This document shows, piece after piece, positions 42,204 through 54,511 of a stretch of DNA of 64,000 bases (position 1 is its first letter; each line of letters opens with the position of its first letter). A model generated the notes under the pieces. The model saw only the letters and a list, made by a program, of their open reading frames with translations. It was not told the origin of the DNA and did not search any database. The position numbers were made by a program, and so were the translations under genes. This stretch comes from Lobosporangium transversale (lineage: Eukaryota): contig NW_019028980.1 in the NCBI RefSeq assembly GCF_002105155.1, positions 372,001 to 436,000 on the forward strand. The letters run 5' to 3'.

Positions 42204-42373
42204 TGATATGTTTTATGGTAAATCGGAAGTCAAGGAGATCAAAAGTTGTTTATTATTTTAGCTAGGTCGGAGCCTTATATAGGCTCCAACATAGCCGTCA
42301 CTAATTGCTCTGATCTATGAATAAAAAGGGGAGTGCTCCATTTGGGTACACTCCCTAGCCTCAGGACGTAACA
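42204..42373 (-). repeat. 5' LTR
   Basis: Identical to 35461-35630. Confidence 0.97.
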
Positions 42374-42378
42374 ATTAC

Positions 42379-45300
42379 GAACGAAATGATCCAACACCAA
42401 GGACCGCAGGGGCTCTTTATCCTCTTCCAAATCATAAGTGCCACTATCGTGCAAGAAGACGTCCCCAAGGATTGGAAGACGGGGCTCCTCTATTGCATAC
42501 CAAAAGCTCCAGAATGGTCAGGAAACATGGCAGAGGTAAGGCCGATAGCTTTGTTGGAGCACGCACGGAAAATAATGTTTGCAGTAATAACAAATAGGTT
42601 AAGCGCGATCATGGCCAGGCACGATATTCTACGAGGACCAAACTTCTCTGTTCTTAAAGGTACTACCACTAAGGATCCGATCCATATCCTGCAAGCGGCA
42701 ATGGAAGACGCAAGAGAGTTCAAGAAAGAACAGTGGATTGTGTTCCAAGACATGAAACGGTGTTTCGACTCTGTCAACTGCGCCCCCGATGGGATGCTTT
42801 CTCGCGGACTAAGACGGCTCCAGGTCCCTGAACAGTTCATACGCCTATGTGAAAACATCGCCATTTCCAAAGTGAACAGGGTGATTACTGAATACGGACC
42901 AACTGACGAGTATCATCCAGAGTGCGGTTTGGATCAAGGTGGAGTGGAATGTCCGCTTTTATGGAGAATAGCATATGATGCACTCCTGTGTGAAATTATA
43001 GACAGTAGCACTGGATATAGTCTAGAGGGACCAAGAGGGACACCATCAGTTGCTGGCCTTGCTTTCGTGGATGATACTACATGGATATCGGACTCCAAAG
43101 CGCATATGCAGGAGATACTTGACATTGCAACGACATTCTTCATTCTTAACGGGGTGGAAGTGAACGCCAAGAAAACGCAGGTCATCTGTATCAACAGCAA
43201 GCAGGATAGGAGGAGCACGCTGAAATTTGGGACACCTACAGAAGAGATCCGACCAGTGGAAAAGAATGAATCGGTACGGATTCTTGGTGTTTGGGTCACA
43301 GCAACAGGAAATCCAACAGCAACACAGCAAATAGTGGAGCAGGAAATAGAAACGACCTGTAACATTCTCCGGTCCAAAGCCCTGACAGATCGGCAGACAA
43401 CGTATATTGTCAATAATGTGCTCATCCCAAAGGTGCTGTATAGGATTTCGGCCCAAATGTTGCCACCAACGTTCCTACAGAAGATGACTGGTAAGTATAT
43501 GTCACTGTGTAAGCGGAAAGCACGTATGCCATCAACTACGCCAAACAGCATTATGAACCACAATAGATTGTATGCCATCAAAGACTTGGCGAACGCTCAA
43601 GCGGAAGAACAAATATCTACCCTGGCGCTTCGACTTAATGACAGCAATGTAATGGGACGGATATGTCGGACACGAGTACTGATGCTGCAGCACAGGAATA
43701 AGATGGAAGTCTCGCCAACTTTGGAGCCACATCGTGTCAAAAAGTATCGCCACAACTTTATATCGAATGTTTGTGAAGAAATGAAGAATCGTAACATTAC
43801 TTTCGACCTATCGATCGCAGCCGAATTTGGTCTCCCACACAACGCTCTCTCGACATGGAAATGGCTAAACGGAGAATTACCACACGTATGGAAGGCGCTC
43901 ACCAAGCGTATGGTATACTTTGTGGATCAAATACTTACGGATGATAAGGAGGACATGATCTCATGGCACGCATTCAGGACCCGTTACGGAGGGCCTAAAG
44001 TTTCGCCATTCTGGTTCAACCAACTTCAAAACTTTTGCTTCGACAACGATTATGTGGGTAGGCATGCAAGAGGATGGAGCAGGAGGAAACTGGCACTCTT
44101 AGACGTCAGTGATGATGACAGCAACAGCGACAGTAGTTATGTCAGCTCGGTAGACGGGGATACAGAAGACGAAGATCGAGAAGCGATTCGTGCACTCAAC
44201 CAATTCATAAAGGATGAGGCAGCGAACAGAACTTTGACAGTATCACCGGCTAATCAAGCTGTTGAGCCACCAATTGGAATTAAGTGGATTCTAGATCAAC
44301 AGAAGGAGCGGAAAAAGAGACGAGAAGCTGTTATGAAAGAGGCGCGCAGAGCAACCAGAGAACATAATCTTAGGCGACAAAGAGCAAAGTTAGATGCCAT
44401 AGTCAGAAGAGCAGAACGCCACCAGGACCGAGAGCGAAGGCATGGTGAACGCATGCGAGCCCGCGAAGAAGCGAGGAGACGCCGGACCCAGAACACAAGG
44501 AGATATGAGGGTCTGAGCGAGCAAGCTCTGCTAAGGAGAGCAAAAGTCGACCTGGATTCCAACGAGACACCGTGCCTAAAAGTGATCCCTGAAGTCAACA
44601 GAGGCCTAGCCAGGGACACAAATGGAGTTATCATTAGTGCCAATACCGAGGAGAAAATCCAACGCCAAAGGGAACGGTACAATACCCAGCCGGGTAATGT
44701 CATTTATACGGATGGATCTCTCAAAGATATTGGCACTGAAAGAGTAAGTATGGCATTTGGTGTGGTAGTCCAGACACAAGAGGGTGAGTTTTACACTGCG
44801 CTATCTGGTAGAGTAGCAGGCAACGCATCCTCGACAAAGGCAGAGCTAGCTGGTTTGTTGGCAGGAATACTTATCAGCCCACGAAACAGACCTATGACAA
44901 TCCGACTTGATAACAGCGCAGTTGTGACTCAATTCCGAGCATTGGTCCGAGGCAGAGTGGATAGCACGTTGCGACAACGTATTAGATCACCGTATGCAGT
45001 ATGGTGGGCAGCTATACACAACGCATTTATTCAACAAGGATCGGAAGTCACGGTCGAGTGGGTCAAAGGACATGTCGGCAACAGAGGGAACGAAGAAGCG
45101 GACGAAGCAGCAAAACATGGACATTATGGCGAGCTATGGGATATCAACATAACGGAGCATAATGACATGTACTGCCATGCAAAGTTCAACGGTGTACCAG
45201 CGGAAGATGACTTAAGGCAGATCCTTAAGTTACAGTCAACAACTCGTACACATCACACGTGGATCGCTCAGAACAGGACGCAGGAGCATGTTAAGGATTG

Positions 45301-46246
45301 GACAAAAATTGATTGGCGAGCTACTATGAACATTGTTCATGATAGCAACCTACCGAAAGGACTCTTCACCAGCCCAGCGGACTGCCAAAAGCGAGCGCAC
45401 AGGATCAAGCAACTCCATGGAATGTTGCCTACACAGTCATATATGAGACACTGGAGGCCAGACCTTTATGAAGACGGCAACTGCAGAGTGTGTGGGACAG
45501 AGGATGAAGACACATCGCACATCTGGAGATGTCCAAGGACGATGGAGACTCAGGCCGAGAAGTGGAAGGAGATAATCCAAAATGTGAATGTGATAGGGGA
45601 GAGGACATGGAGGAAAGAGTTGAAAGCAGTGCAGGAGCAAGCACAAAGGGCCAGAGAGAGAGGTGTAGACCCACCAAGGACAAAAGAGCCAACTTTTACT
45701 GCGGCAGAGGAGGACTACATTTGGGAAACTCTGGAGATGCATATCGATGGTGTGCGAGAAGTACGACGCCATGGTGATAGGAACGGCGATGATGAGGAAG
45801 AGAGAGAGCACACACCAGATTGGTCTGTGCAGGACATTTACCATGGACTTACGCCCAAGTCCATTGCTCAGAGTTGGAAAGTTGGCTTCAAGACAACAAC
45901 AAGGATAGCTACATATATGGCAGGGCGCTTCGTCAAGGCCATAGAGGAATTCGGTCGTACAGAAATCTGGAACAAACGGTGTAAAGTCACCGTTGAATGG
46001 GAAAAGGCTCGTGGAATCACTGCTATGAGCAAACGCGCTAGAGGACGCAACTGTGTTGGGGAGCACAGACGTAGTAGCAATGATTTCCTTGTCCCTTCCC
46101 TCAGACAAAGACAGAAGCTGAATGTAAAAGAGATCTACAAGATCGCGGATGACCGAGTCCGGGACAGTTACCTTGGGAAAACCAAACTGGACGTGATGGA
46201 GCGGCTAGGTGGAATGAAGTTTTTGATGACTATGGATAGCGGATAA
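42379..46246 (+). CDS. LINE ORF2-like polyprotein: RT, RNase H, C-terminal CCHC
   Basis: RPIALL, DMKRCFDSV, GLDQG..CPLLW and FVDD (RT); YTDGS, KAEL, LDN and WVKGH.GNRGNEEAD (RNase H); CRVC..EDTSHIWRC. Confidence 0.95.
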
Positions 46247-46484
46247 TTTGTCGCGTTGCGCAACAGGCCACGTCGGAAAGGTGGACTTTGAGTACCAACC
46301 ACGGCGGTCAGGGTTTATGAAATCATGGATACAGCGGCTCTTGTCGTTTGTGCAGTAATAGCTGTTTATTGACTATAGTTTCTGGAGCATTTTGTTCATA
46401 GAGTGTAGAAAATAAATCCCATGACCCTGAGGGTCCTTGTTATCAAAAAAAAAAAAAAAAAAAAAAATTGTAAAGTGTCCATTT

Positions 46485-47324
46485 GAATGGCTCGTGGGTC
46501 CCCCGACAACGTGATTTGGGGCTCTTTGGAAGCGATGTTCAAGGGCGTCAGAGAGATTCGACATGCAAGCACTCTGTTTGGTGAGGAAGATGTGGATATG
46601 GGACGGAGGAACGAGGGTGAGGATGCCCACTGGACTGTCCAAGACTTGTACCACGGTTTGGTGCCGAAGGAACTGATACAAAAATGGAAGACGATCTTCA
46701 GAACCACAGCATCGATCTCAAGGTACATTGTTTGCCGCTTTGTCAAGTCAATCGAGGAACTCGGCAGGACTGAAATCTGGAACAGACGCTGCAAAGTCAC
46801 CGTCAACTGGGAAAGAGACAATGGTATCACCTCTGTGAGCAAACGCGCCAGGGGACGCAACTGTGTTGGGAGGCACAGACGTAGCAGAGGTGAATTCTTT
46901 GGCTCTCACCAGGGACAGCGACGAACAGCAGATGTGAAGGCGATCAGGACTGAGGCAGACCGGCGAGTGGCGGCAAGCTACCGGCAGCAGGTGGAATTGG
47001 CGATTATGGAGCGTCTGGAAAGCTGTAAATTTTTGATGATTGAGGACAGTGGCTAAAGGATGACCTTCGCGCACAACAGGCCAAGTAGGGAGTAGAGCCG
47101 TGCCACAGGTCCTCTGGGACCAAGGAAGTCTACTCAATGCTGACGTGGTTTATGAACAGGATGTAGTACTGTGGCAGTATGACGATGCGGCTTCGGTCGA
47201 TTATTGGATACCGCTTTATTTGCGACCCCAGTAATGGGGCAACCCATTTATAGAGCTAACATCTAAATAAATCCTACATGACCTCGTGGGTCCTTGTTAT
47301 CAAAAAAAAAAAAAAAAAAAAAAA
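46485..47324 (+). mobile_element. Non-LTR retrotransposon copy 2 (related subfamily, severely 5'-truncated)
   Basis: ORF 46487-47056 is homologous to the copy 1 C-terminus (WTVQDLYHGL, GRTEIWNRRCKVTV.WE, SKRARGRNCVG). It shares the 3' terminus and has poly(A) at 47302-47324. Confidence 0.93.
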
Positions 47325-47336
47325 GATAAACTCATA

Positions 47337-47461
47337 TAAATAAATCCTACATGACCTCGTGGGCCCTCGTTATAAAATATATATAATTATATGTATAGAA
47401 GATAATGGCTTTATTTGCAGCTTTTAACCCTACGAAACGATTTTACTTCGTTATCAAAAAA
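47337..47461 (+). mobile_element. Third and probable fourth LINE 3'-end remnants
   Basis: 47337-47377 repeats AAATAAATCCTACATGACCTCGTGGG..GTTAT-AAAA. 47401-47461 has GCTTTATTTGC..CGTTATCAAAAAA, matching the copy 2 UTR and tail junction. Confidence 0.65.
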
Positions 47462-47715
47462 CATAAAAAAATTTACTTTGGGAGATGAACATTGATACAA
47501 GTTAGTGTTCCGCTGAAGACTGTATGAAGGAGGGTTAGAAAATATGGGCAGGAACCAGGTCAGGTATATCAAGCACAGATTCTAACAAAATAAATGGGTA
47601 TCAAGCAAGGTAGCCAGCTTTAATTCTATTTTTTTTTTTTTTCTTGATATTATTGTTAAGGTCGTTACAGTTATTGGTTTGTTTGGTAATGAGGGTCCTC
47701 CGCCGGCTGTTCGGC

Positions 47716-50700
47716 TCATGCGATATGACTCGAGGTGCCGGTGCCGGATACAGTAGTATTAGTGTCCATCCTTGAGTCCCCAAGCGCCTCATTCGATGTG
47801 TACGCGTCCTGACCAACATGTCGCACACTCGGACTGCCGCTATGTCCGTACTGCTGGTGGTCCTGCACAAAGTGCTGAAGCGCAGTCTTGACACGTTCGC
47901 GGACATCTGGTACAGAATCTGTAACCAGGGAATGCAATCGGTCCTCCACACCCATACTCCTCAGTATGGCCACTCGCTCATGCACTCCGTGAGCCACATC
48001 CTCCTCCGACCATGTCAAATTGATGATAACCCAAATAGCAGCAACACGGATGGAGGCAGCTTCATGCGACATTAATCCAAGCACAGATCGGAGAATACCT
48101 GACCGTTTCATGATACTCTGCCTGTGATACTCAGTCCCTGTAGCGATGTTGACCAAGACATAGAGAGCCTAAGTATCAAGGTAGGAAACAGAAGGAAAGC
48201 AGGGGTTTTTTTTTTCTTCTTTAGCGCGGATTCTTTTAATGCAATAAAAGAAAAAAGGATGGGAGGGGGGGATGTGGAAATCGATATTCTCCATACGAGT
48301 TTAAGCATTACAAAGAGAAAACACTTACATGATCGAGCATCCGAATGTCATCCCAAGTTAATTTATCCTCGATAATACTAAGTAACTGACCAGGTCCAAG
48401 GCCATTAAAGACCAGATCAATGTCTTGATTCCTCTTGCAAGCTAAGTTTCTGACAAGATTCAAGGCTTGCTCCTGAATATCCAACTCTGCATCATTCAAT
48501 AATGCTGCTAGACTGTGAAACCCAAGTTGGCGCATGACTGTCTCTTTTACCTCCGAATCAGCCTCATAGACTAGATTTTTGATGGCCCATACAGCGTGTA
48601 AGCGGACAATGTTGTCACCATAGCCAATCATCTGCACAAACTTTGCGACTACCCCGCGTTCCATCAGACTCTTCTTCATAGGTGAAACGTCGAGAACAAT
48701 ATTACATAGAGTTGCTGTTGCAGAACTAAGGACGCCAGGGTCAGAATCGCTTAACAACTATAAATGGATATGTATGCGGGAGAATGAGAAAGGATATCAT
48801 GGGTCCATGCCATATCATAGCAGTGAATCGACAACATTTAAAGTTATCCTCCGTATTTTACCTGGAACAAAGGAGCCTCAATGCCGGCATCAACTAGACT
48901 TGTCCGCAGGCTACCAACACTCCTTGATAGACTGCGAGTGCACTGGCAAGCTGCTGCACGAACACCAACAGAGGGATGTGACATGGCAGTAACAATATGC
49001 GGGAGTACCTTGGCCTCAATAACCTGCCGTCTACAATATTCTTTGATCTGGCTAATAGCCGCCAGCGCTAGCAGTGAGTTCTGGTAAAGAATATTATTGT
49101 ATTAATAAAAAAGAGAAAGAACGAGCTCAGAGCATCATTCTGAAATTGAAACCAAGATGGCCCAGATTATTAGTATGTACATACCTCTTTGAGTTTGTCC
49201 TTTTGGCCGACGATACCATACACATTATCCTCTTCGCCCATGTGACTGATAATAGATGCCAACTTGGGGATGGCCTCCATATCACATACGGCTTTTTGCA
49301 TGCTTTCACTCTCCCAGACCAAATATGCTATAAAGATAATATGAGATAGGTCTTATTAGCCTTAAGCATCAATGCTTTAACAATTAACGGATGGACATTC
49401 AAAACGGAGTTGTCGTGTTCAATCATACCTAGTACTTTTGGTGCAGTCTCTTGAACAATGCCATCCAATTGCAACATCTTGACGAGTACAGGAAGTACAG
49501 TTAACATGATGTCGCTATTGTGCTCTTGAATTACGCCTGCTCTGTTCATATATGTTAAGCTAAAGGTGGCGTAATAAGTTTAAGCAATGTCTGTCAGCTG
49601 GGGATCAAAGAGAAACTACAATTGCTGGAGCGCTAGCATATGATTTGACATAACGATCCAGATACCGTCATACCAAGTGACCGCTGCAAGTCGCATTGTT
49701 GGCGATTTATCACAAGCAAGTCGGAGAATGTATGGCGCAGGTCGCTCGCCTGTCTCCACTATTTATAAAGAAGGATAGGCAGAAATTGAGAGATTTGTTA
49801 GAACACATTTATTGAAATGGATGATGCAGGACATTAACTTTGTTGCAGACTTACATCTCATATTAGCGATATGATGAGCTAATTCAGAGTTATCCTTGAC
49901 TAACGCTGCGAGGGCACCAAGAGCTGCCTCCTGACTCTTGGAGATACCACTGACCAGCAATCGCATCAGTAGAGGGATGGCTCCACTGGCAGCGATCTGT
50001 ATCTGCTGATCAGTCGTCTCACAGCATCTTGCAAATATAGAAGCAACCAATTCTGCTGTATGAAGCATAATAACCTCTTGATTCGATCTATAACTGGTGC
50101 TATAGGTATCAAGTAATTGTACTAATACGTTCAAGTGGTTACCCTGCGTCATAAAGAGCGTTGGGTCAATATCCTTTCTTACAATCCAAAATAAAACTGG
50201 TTCAGCCACCACAAAAATAAAAGGAGTATGAGTTGTTACCATAAATAGCTCCTGCCTCGACACTTTTGGTGAGGCATAGATTGCATTAAGTGTACGTGCA
50301 GCAGCTTCGATCAGTTTAGGGTCTCCAGCGGGGTTGAGACAATCAAGTAATGGTCCGATAACGCCCGAATTTGTCAAAGCAAGGATGTTGGCTTCATCGC
50401 CTAGAGAAGTTGGTGATCAGTCTGTTGTTCAGTAGGAATCCAGTTTAATCCAGTCCCAGTCCAATTGATTTTTTTTCTTCCTTTCCTTTTTTTTTTTTTT
50501 TGTGACCGACTTCTCTTTTGAAAGTTCTAGTACGCAAATAATTACCAAAGGCAAAACTTCCTAGCACGATGACTGCCTGTGTTTTTAATTGTGGATCCTT
50601 TTCGTCCCTAGTAGTAACGATGTCCTTTAACCTACATTCGACAGGCGACACAATTCCAATAGCAGTAAGGGAGAGGAGAATGTTATTGTGTTAGCACACA

Positions 50701-51268
50701 TTTAAAAATCAGGAGAGAGAATGCGAAACGACTGCCTCAGGGGAGGCAAAAGAAGAAGGGGAAGGCCACGAATGGAGGTAAAATAATAATAATAATAATG
50801 TTGGAGCACGAGCCATGTCCATGTTTGCGAATCCCATAGGCTCAATTCCTTGTCTGATGAGAATGTCGATTGCTTGACTTGTGGTGTGGTTGTATAGTGT
50901 GAAATCACACAAGGCACGGACGTATTGTGCATGGCATTGACAAAGTGCAATGTCATGGGTTGTTTTCTTTTTCTTTTTCTTTTTTTTACATTTTTATGCT
51001 ATCGACAATCTGTACCGACATTTACATCAGCATGAACAAGGTGTAGAACTGGTTGACAGTCTGTTCTCTTTGCCCCTCTATTCCTCTGATAGTGTGCAGT
51101 AATAAAACAATACCTTGAAACAATACCGAGTTGAATATAAAGATCCTTTTTCGTCTTGTTGCCAATGATGTTATTCTTGATAAATCGAAGCGACCTTATG
51201 CGCTCAATGGTGACTGCCTGTCCTGCTTCCAACTGGGAAACAGCGACTTCATGTGGAGTGAGAGTCAT
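47716..51268 (-). CDS. ARMC8: Armadillo repeat protein ARMC8 (Gid5/Vid28-like, GID/CTLH complex)
   Basis: LRFIKNNIIGNKTKK, QAVIVLGSFAFG, TLCNIVLDVSPMK, VWAIKNLVY, IQEQALNLVRNLAC and AIWVIINLTW; multi-exon. Confidence 0.88.
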
Positions 51269-54200
51269 GGTGTGTATGGTGTATATGGTGTATATGATGG
51301 AGAGTGTATACCGATTGTTTTCTGCAATCGTGACGATACCTGGGAGAAAGGAAGAAGGAAGAAGAAGAATAGAAAAAGAAAAAAGAAAAAAAAAAAGAGA
51401 GAGATAGAAAAGAGATAGAGAGAAGGAGAGGAGGAAGGAAGGGAAGGAAGTAAAAGTGGAACAGATATTAAGAAGAATGTTTAAGCTGAGTTCAAGTGTG
51501 TGCAGTACAAAAGTCACAGTTGAGAGTTGAGAAGGTAGTAAGGTGAGCTTGGGGCATAATTAAAAAAGAAAGAGATGAGGGGTGGGGAGTGAGTGGCTGG
51601 TTATTTTAGAAATTAGAAATGGACATGGTGTGGATGGCTGGAATCTTGGGACATGTGTTACAATAAATAATGTAACACACCACATCAAAGAAAAAAAAAG
51701 GAGGAGAAAGGGATGGGCAAAAGGAAATAACGACGAACAAGAGAAAAGATTACGACGTCCCTATATGCTGATTCTATATTCTTTGAGATCCACAATGCAT
51801 AAAGACGTGTAGGTCAATTGTGGCACAGTCGATTAAGACAACTTATCCTGCTATCCATCCTTGTTATCGCTAGACCATCCATCTGCCACGGATTGTGTTC
51901 GTAATGCTACTCTTTCCATCCTTATGTTCATATTCATGTTCATGGCTTCGAGCTGTTGACGAAGCAATTCCAGATCAGTTTGTGTTTATAAGACCAAGGA
52001 GACTTTCGTTCCAAAAGGTTTGCCCTTGTTATGACGTTGATGGTTATGATCTCTTTCTTTCCTTTCTTCACAGAACACAGCTTTATTTTCGCTATTTTTG
52101 CTTCAACCATAAGATGCCATAAGATGCCATTTACTGCGAACTTTATTCTCCTTATCCATCATATAGTATATATATACTTTTCCTTCTTTTCCTTGTTAAA
52201 AACGAGTGCAATGTCAATGGTATTTATTCTTTTTTTCCCTCGACCTTATTCACAACTAAATTGTCGCAGTCAAAAAAAAAAGGATAGCCATGTTAGATCT
52301 ACAAGGCTGCCAATCTAGGAACACATTTGTAAGGAGACAAGATTTTATCCTTCCAAATCCACACCTCATCCTTGTTATTAAACCCCCCCCCCCCCCCCAA
52401 ATCCACACTATTGAGAGGAGAGAATGTCCCTCCAGAAAACGAATGTTACACATTCGTCTTTGCGTCTAAAAGTTTAACCATATTTCTTTTATTAACGTGT
52501 TAAGGAACAACCGCAGCCAATATCTTAATATCTTAAATTTTGACAGTCGTCTGCGCAATAATATACTAAAATTCAAAGTTACCTATCATTTAGATACCAT
52601 ATACTCCATATCGGGTTATTGCACCTAGAAATATTGAATATAAACCTGGAGGCTCTTGATTGCAGAGAATTGGCACGTTTGATTTGAGAAAACAACATTT
52701 CTTACTACCCTCATCCAATGACAGAGGTGCTTGGTATTTAACTCTCAAAAACTTAGCAAGAAACGGCTTGAGTCCCGATAACGATAATTTCATTATAATG
52801 TCACATAGTTCTCGTAGCATCCATATAAAAAAGGATATTTGCTATATATACCAGGTCTACTTCCAGGTTTTTTATTGCTTTTGCATGCCATCCATTTAAT
52901 CATTCACTGGCAGTGAATAACAATAATATATCATCAAAAGATACAGCCTAAACGCAATCTCTCCTCTTGAAGACGGAATGTCGTCAAAGAAAGTATCTAT
53001 AGAGCTCGTGGTTCCTATCATTTCAGTCCAAAGAACCCAAAGGGCTAAGAAGTTATTCCACCATCAAGAGTGGATCAATCTATAAAAGTATTTAAAAGAG
53101 TTAAAATGCACCGAACTTATACATTGGTATTGGAGATCTTCCAACTATGCGTCGGAGCCTAGGAGCTTGTGGGACCAATAAAAGGGATGAATGGGTATCA
53201 GGAAATATACCAGTATGAAAGACTTGAGGAAGTGCAGTTGACAAAGCAGAGCCACATGGAGGAGCTGATCACTGCAAGGCGCCATTTCGCTAAGGATCAC
53301 AAGTCTGAGATTCCAGTACTGAGAAAGTTAGCAAATTTAGCTATTAAACAGCTTAGATTTACATCAAACACCATCCCGAGCAGTATGAGCTTCCTCCCAC
53401 TTATCCATTTATTCTGATTTTGTTCCCGAAGATCCTCACATCTTTAGCGATTTTTCCAGCCTTGCTCCTTCATCCAACACAGTTTCATTCGATAAAGTGC
53501 ATATCCTTTCTTTTCATGATTTATTGGCAAATTTCCCGATTAACAAAAATAAGAACAAATGACGAAGTAGGTGGTTTATAGCCTGCCACAAGCTTTATGT
53601 TTCATTCCTTGGGGGGGGGCGGTTGGAGATATAGGCTTTGACTCGCCTGCTCAGTTGCACGCAGGTTATCCAAAAGATTAAAGTTTGCGTCTTGGACCTG
53701 TTGGAGGATGTGCGCTAGCTTTAATGTATTCTATGGTAGGCAAGATTTGCCCATTAGTGTGAACACTGGATTTCACGCCCGGAAGGCCTGAGCTATTTTT
53801 TTGCTACTATACCTGTCGTGTGGTGCGCATAGTTCCATCCAGCATAGAAAACTGTCTCGCCGTCTCCGTTAAAGGCTATCGATGAGCAAAAAAAAAACCT
53901 TGATGAATGAGAACCCGTAGTACGTGCTAACATCTGCTCTTATCATAAATCCATGACCTGAAATAACGGCGATTTATTCTTTGTAACCTCAGGAAGTTCG
54001 GCATCGAGATTAACGGCCTAAGTGAGATAGTGAAATAATGACAGTAGTTAAGTAAATCAAATGAGTACCGGAAGTTATGGCCCTCGTGAAGAAATAAGCT
54101 CAGGCAGATGAAAAGATAAGGTGAGTCAGCAATAAAAATACTGTCCTGATGGAGCTCAATTCCTTTGTCATCGCTACCTTGACAATCGCGAACAAGTCAA

Positions 54201-54310
54201 GGACTGTGCTCTGTGCCTTATCTTTAATATGTAGTTTAGATGCCCATGAGCCGTCGTCAACAAACATGACTTTCTATATTTCGTATCTGTTCCTGATAAA
54301 TTGTATGAGG

Positions 54311-54343
<33 letters not shown>

Positions 54344-54511
54344 TGACTCGAAATGTATACGAAATGAGCAAATGAGGAGATTGGCAACTGATAAGCCAGG
54401 ACTGATCAAAGTATAAAATGAAGAGCTGTGGTCAGAAAATAAATCATTAAGTATACCTCCATTTTTTACATTTCAGCGTCCACCAACCCATTCCACATCA
54501 AGTAAATTAAC

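Larger units (their letters stand above)
35461..42373 (-). mobile_element. Ty3/Gypsy chromovirus LTR retrotransposon (6.9 kb), nested in the LINE
   Basis: Identical 170-bp TG..CA LTRs (35461-35630, 42204-42373); 5-bp TSD ATTAC (35456-35460, 42374-42378); PPT GGGGGGAAG next to the 3' LTR; domain order PR-RT-RH-IN-chromodomain. Confidence 0.97.
35085..46467 (+). mobile_element. 5'-truncated non-LTR retrotransposon, copy 1 (RT, RNase H, CCHC), interrupted by a Gypsy element
   Basis: TSD (AAAA)TTGTAAAGTGTCCATTT at 35064/35068-35084 and 46468-46484; poly(A) tail 46445-46467. Removing the LTR element restores ..KAAGVSGIT|NEMIQH... Confidence 0.93.

Noticed and set aside
42490..46108. Minus-strand ORFs within the LINE
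   Set aside because: They are antisense to a clearly coding RT ORF and show no motifs.
46247..47301. Hammerhead/HDV ribozyme or SECIS in LINE UTRs
   Set aside because: No CTGANGA..GAAA core, no convincing nested pseudoknot, no SECIS apical AA geometry and no in-frame TGA selenoprotein.
52590..53417. Short ORFs, possible pseudogene
   Set aside because: No recognisable motifs or consistent splice model.
53901..53961. Possible C/D-box snoRNA (TGATGA..CTGA)
   Set aside because: Imperfect C box, no terminal stem and no recognisable rRNA guide. A similar pair at ~7857-7895 is too short.
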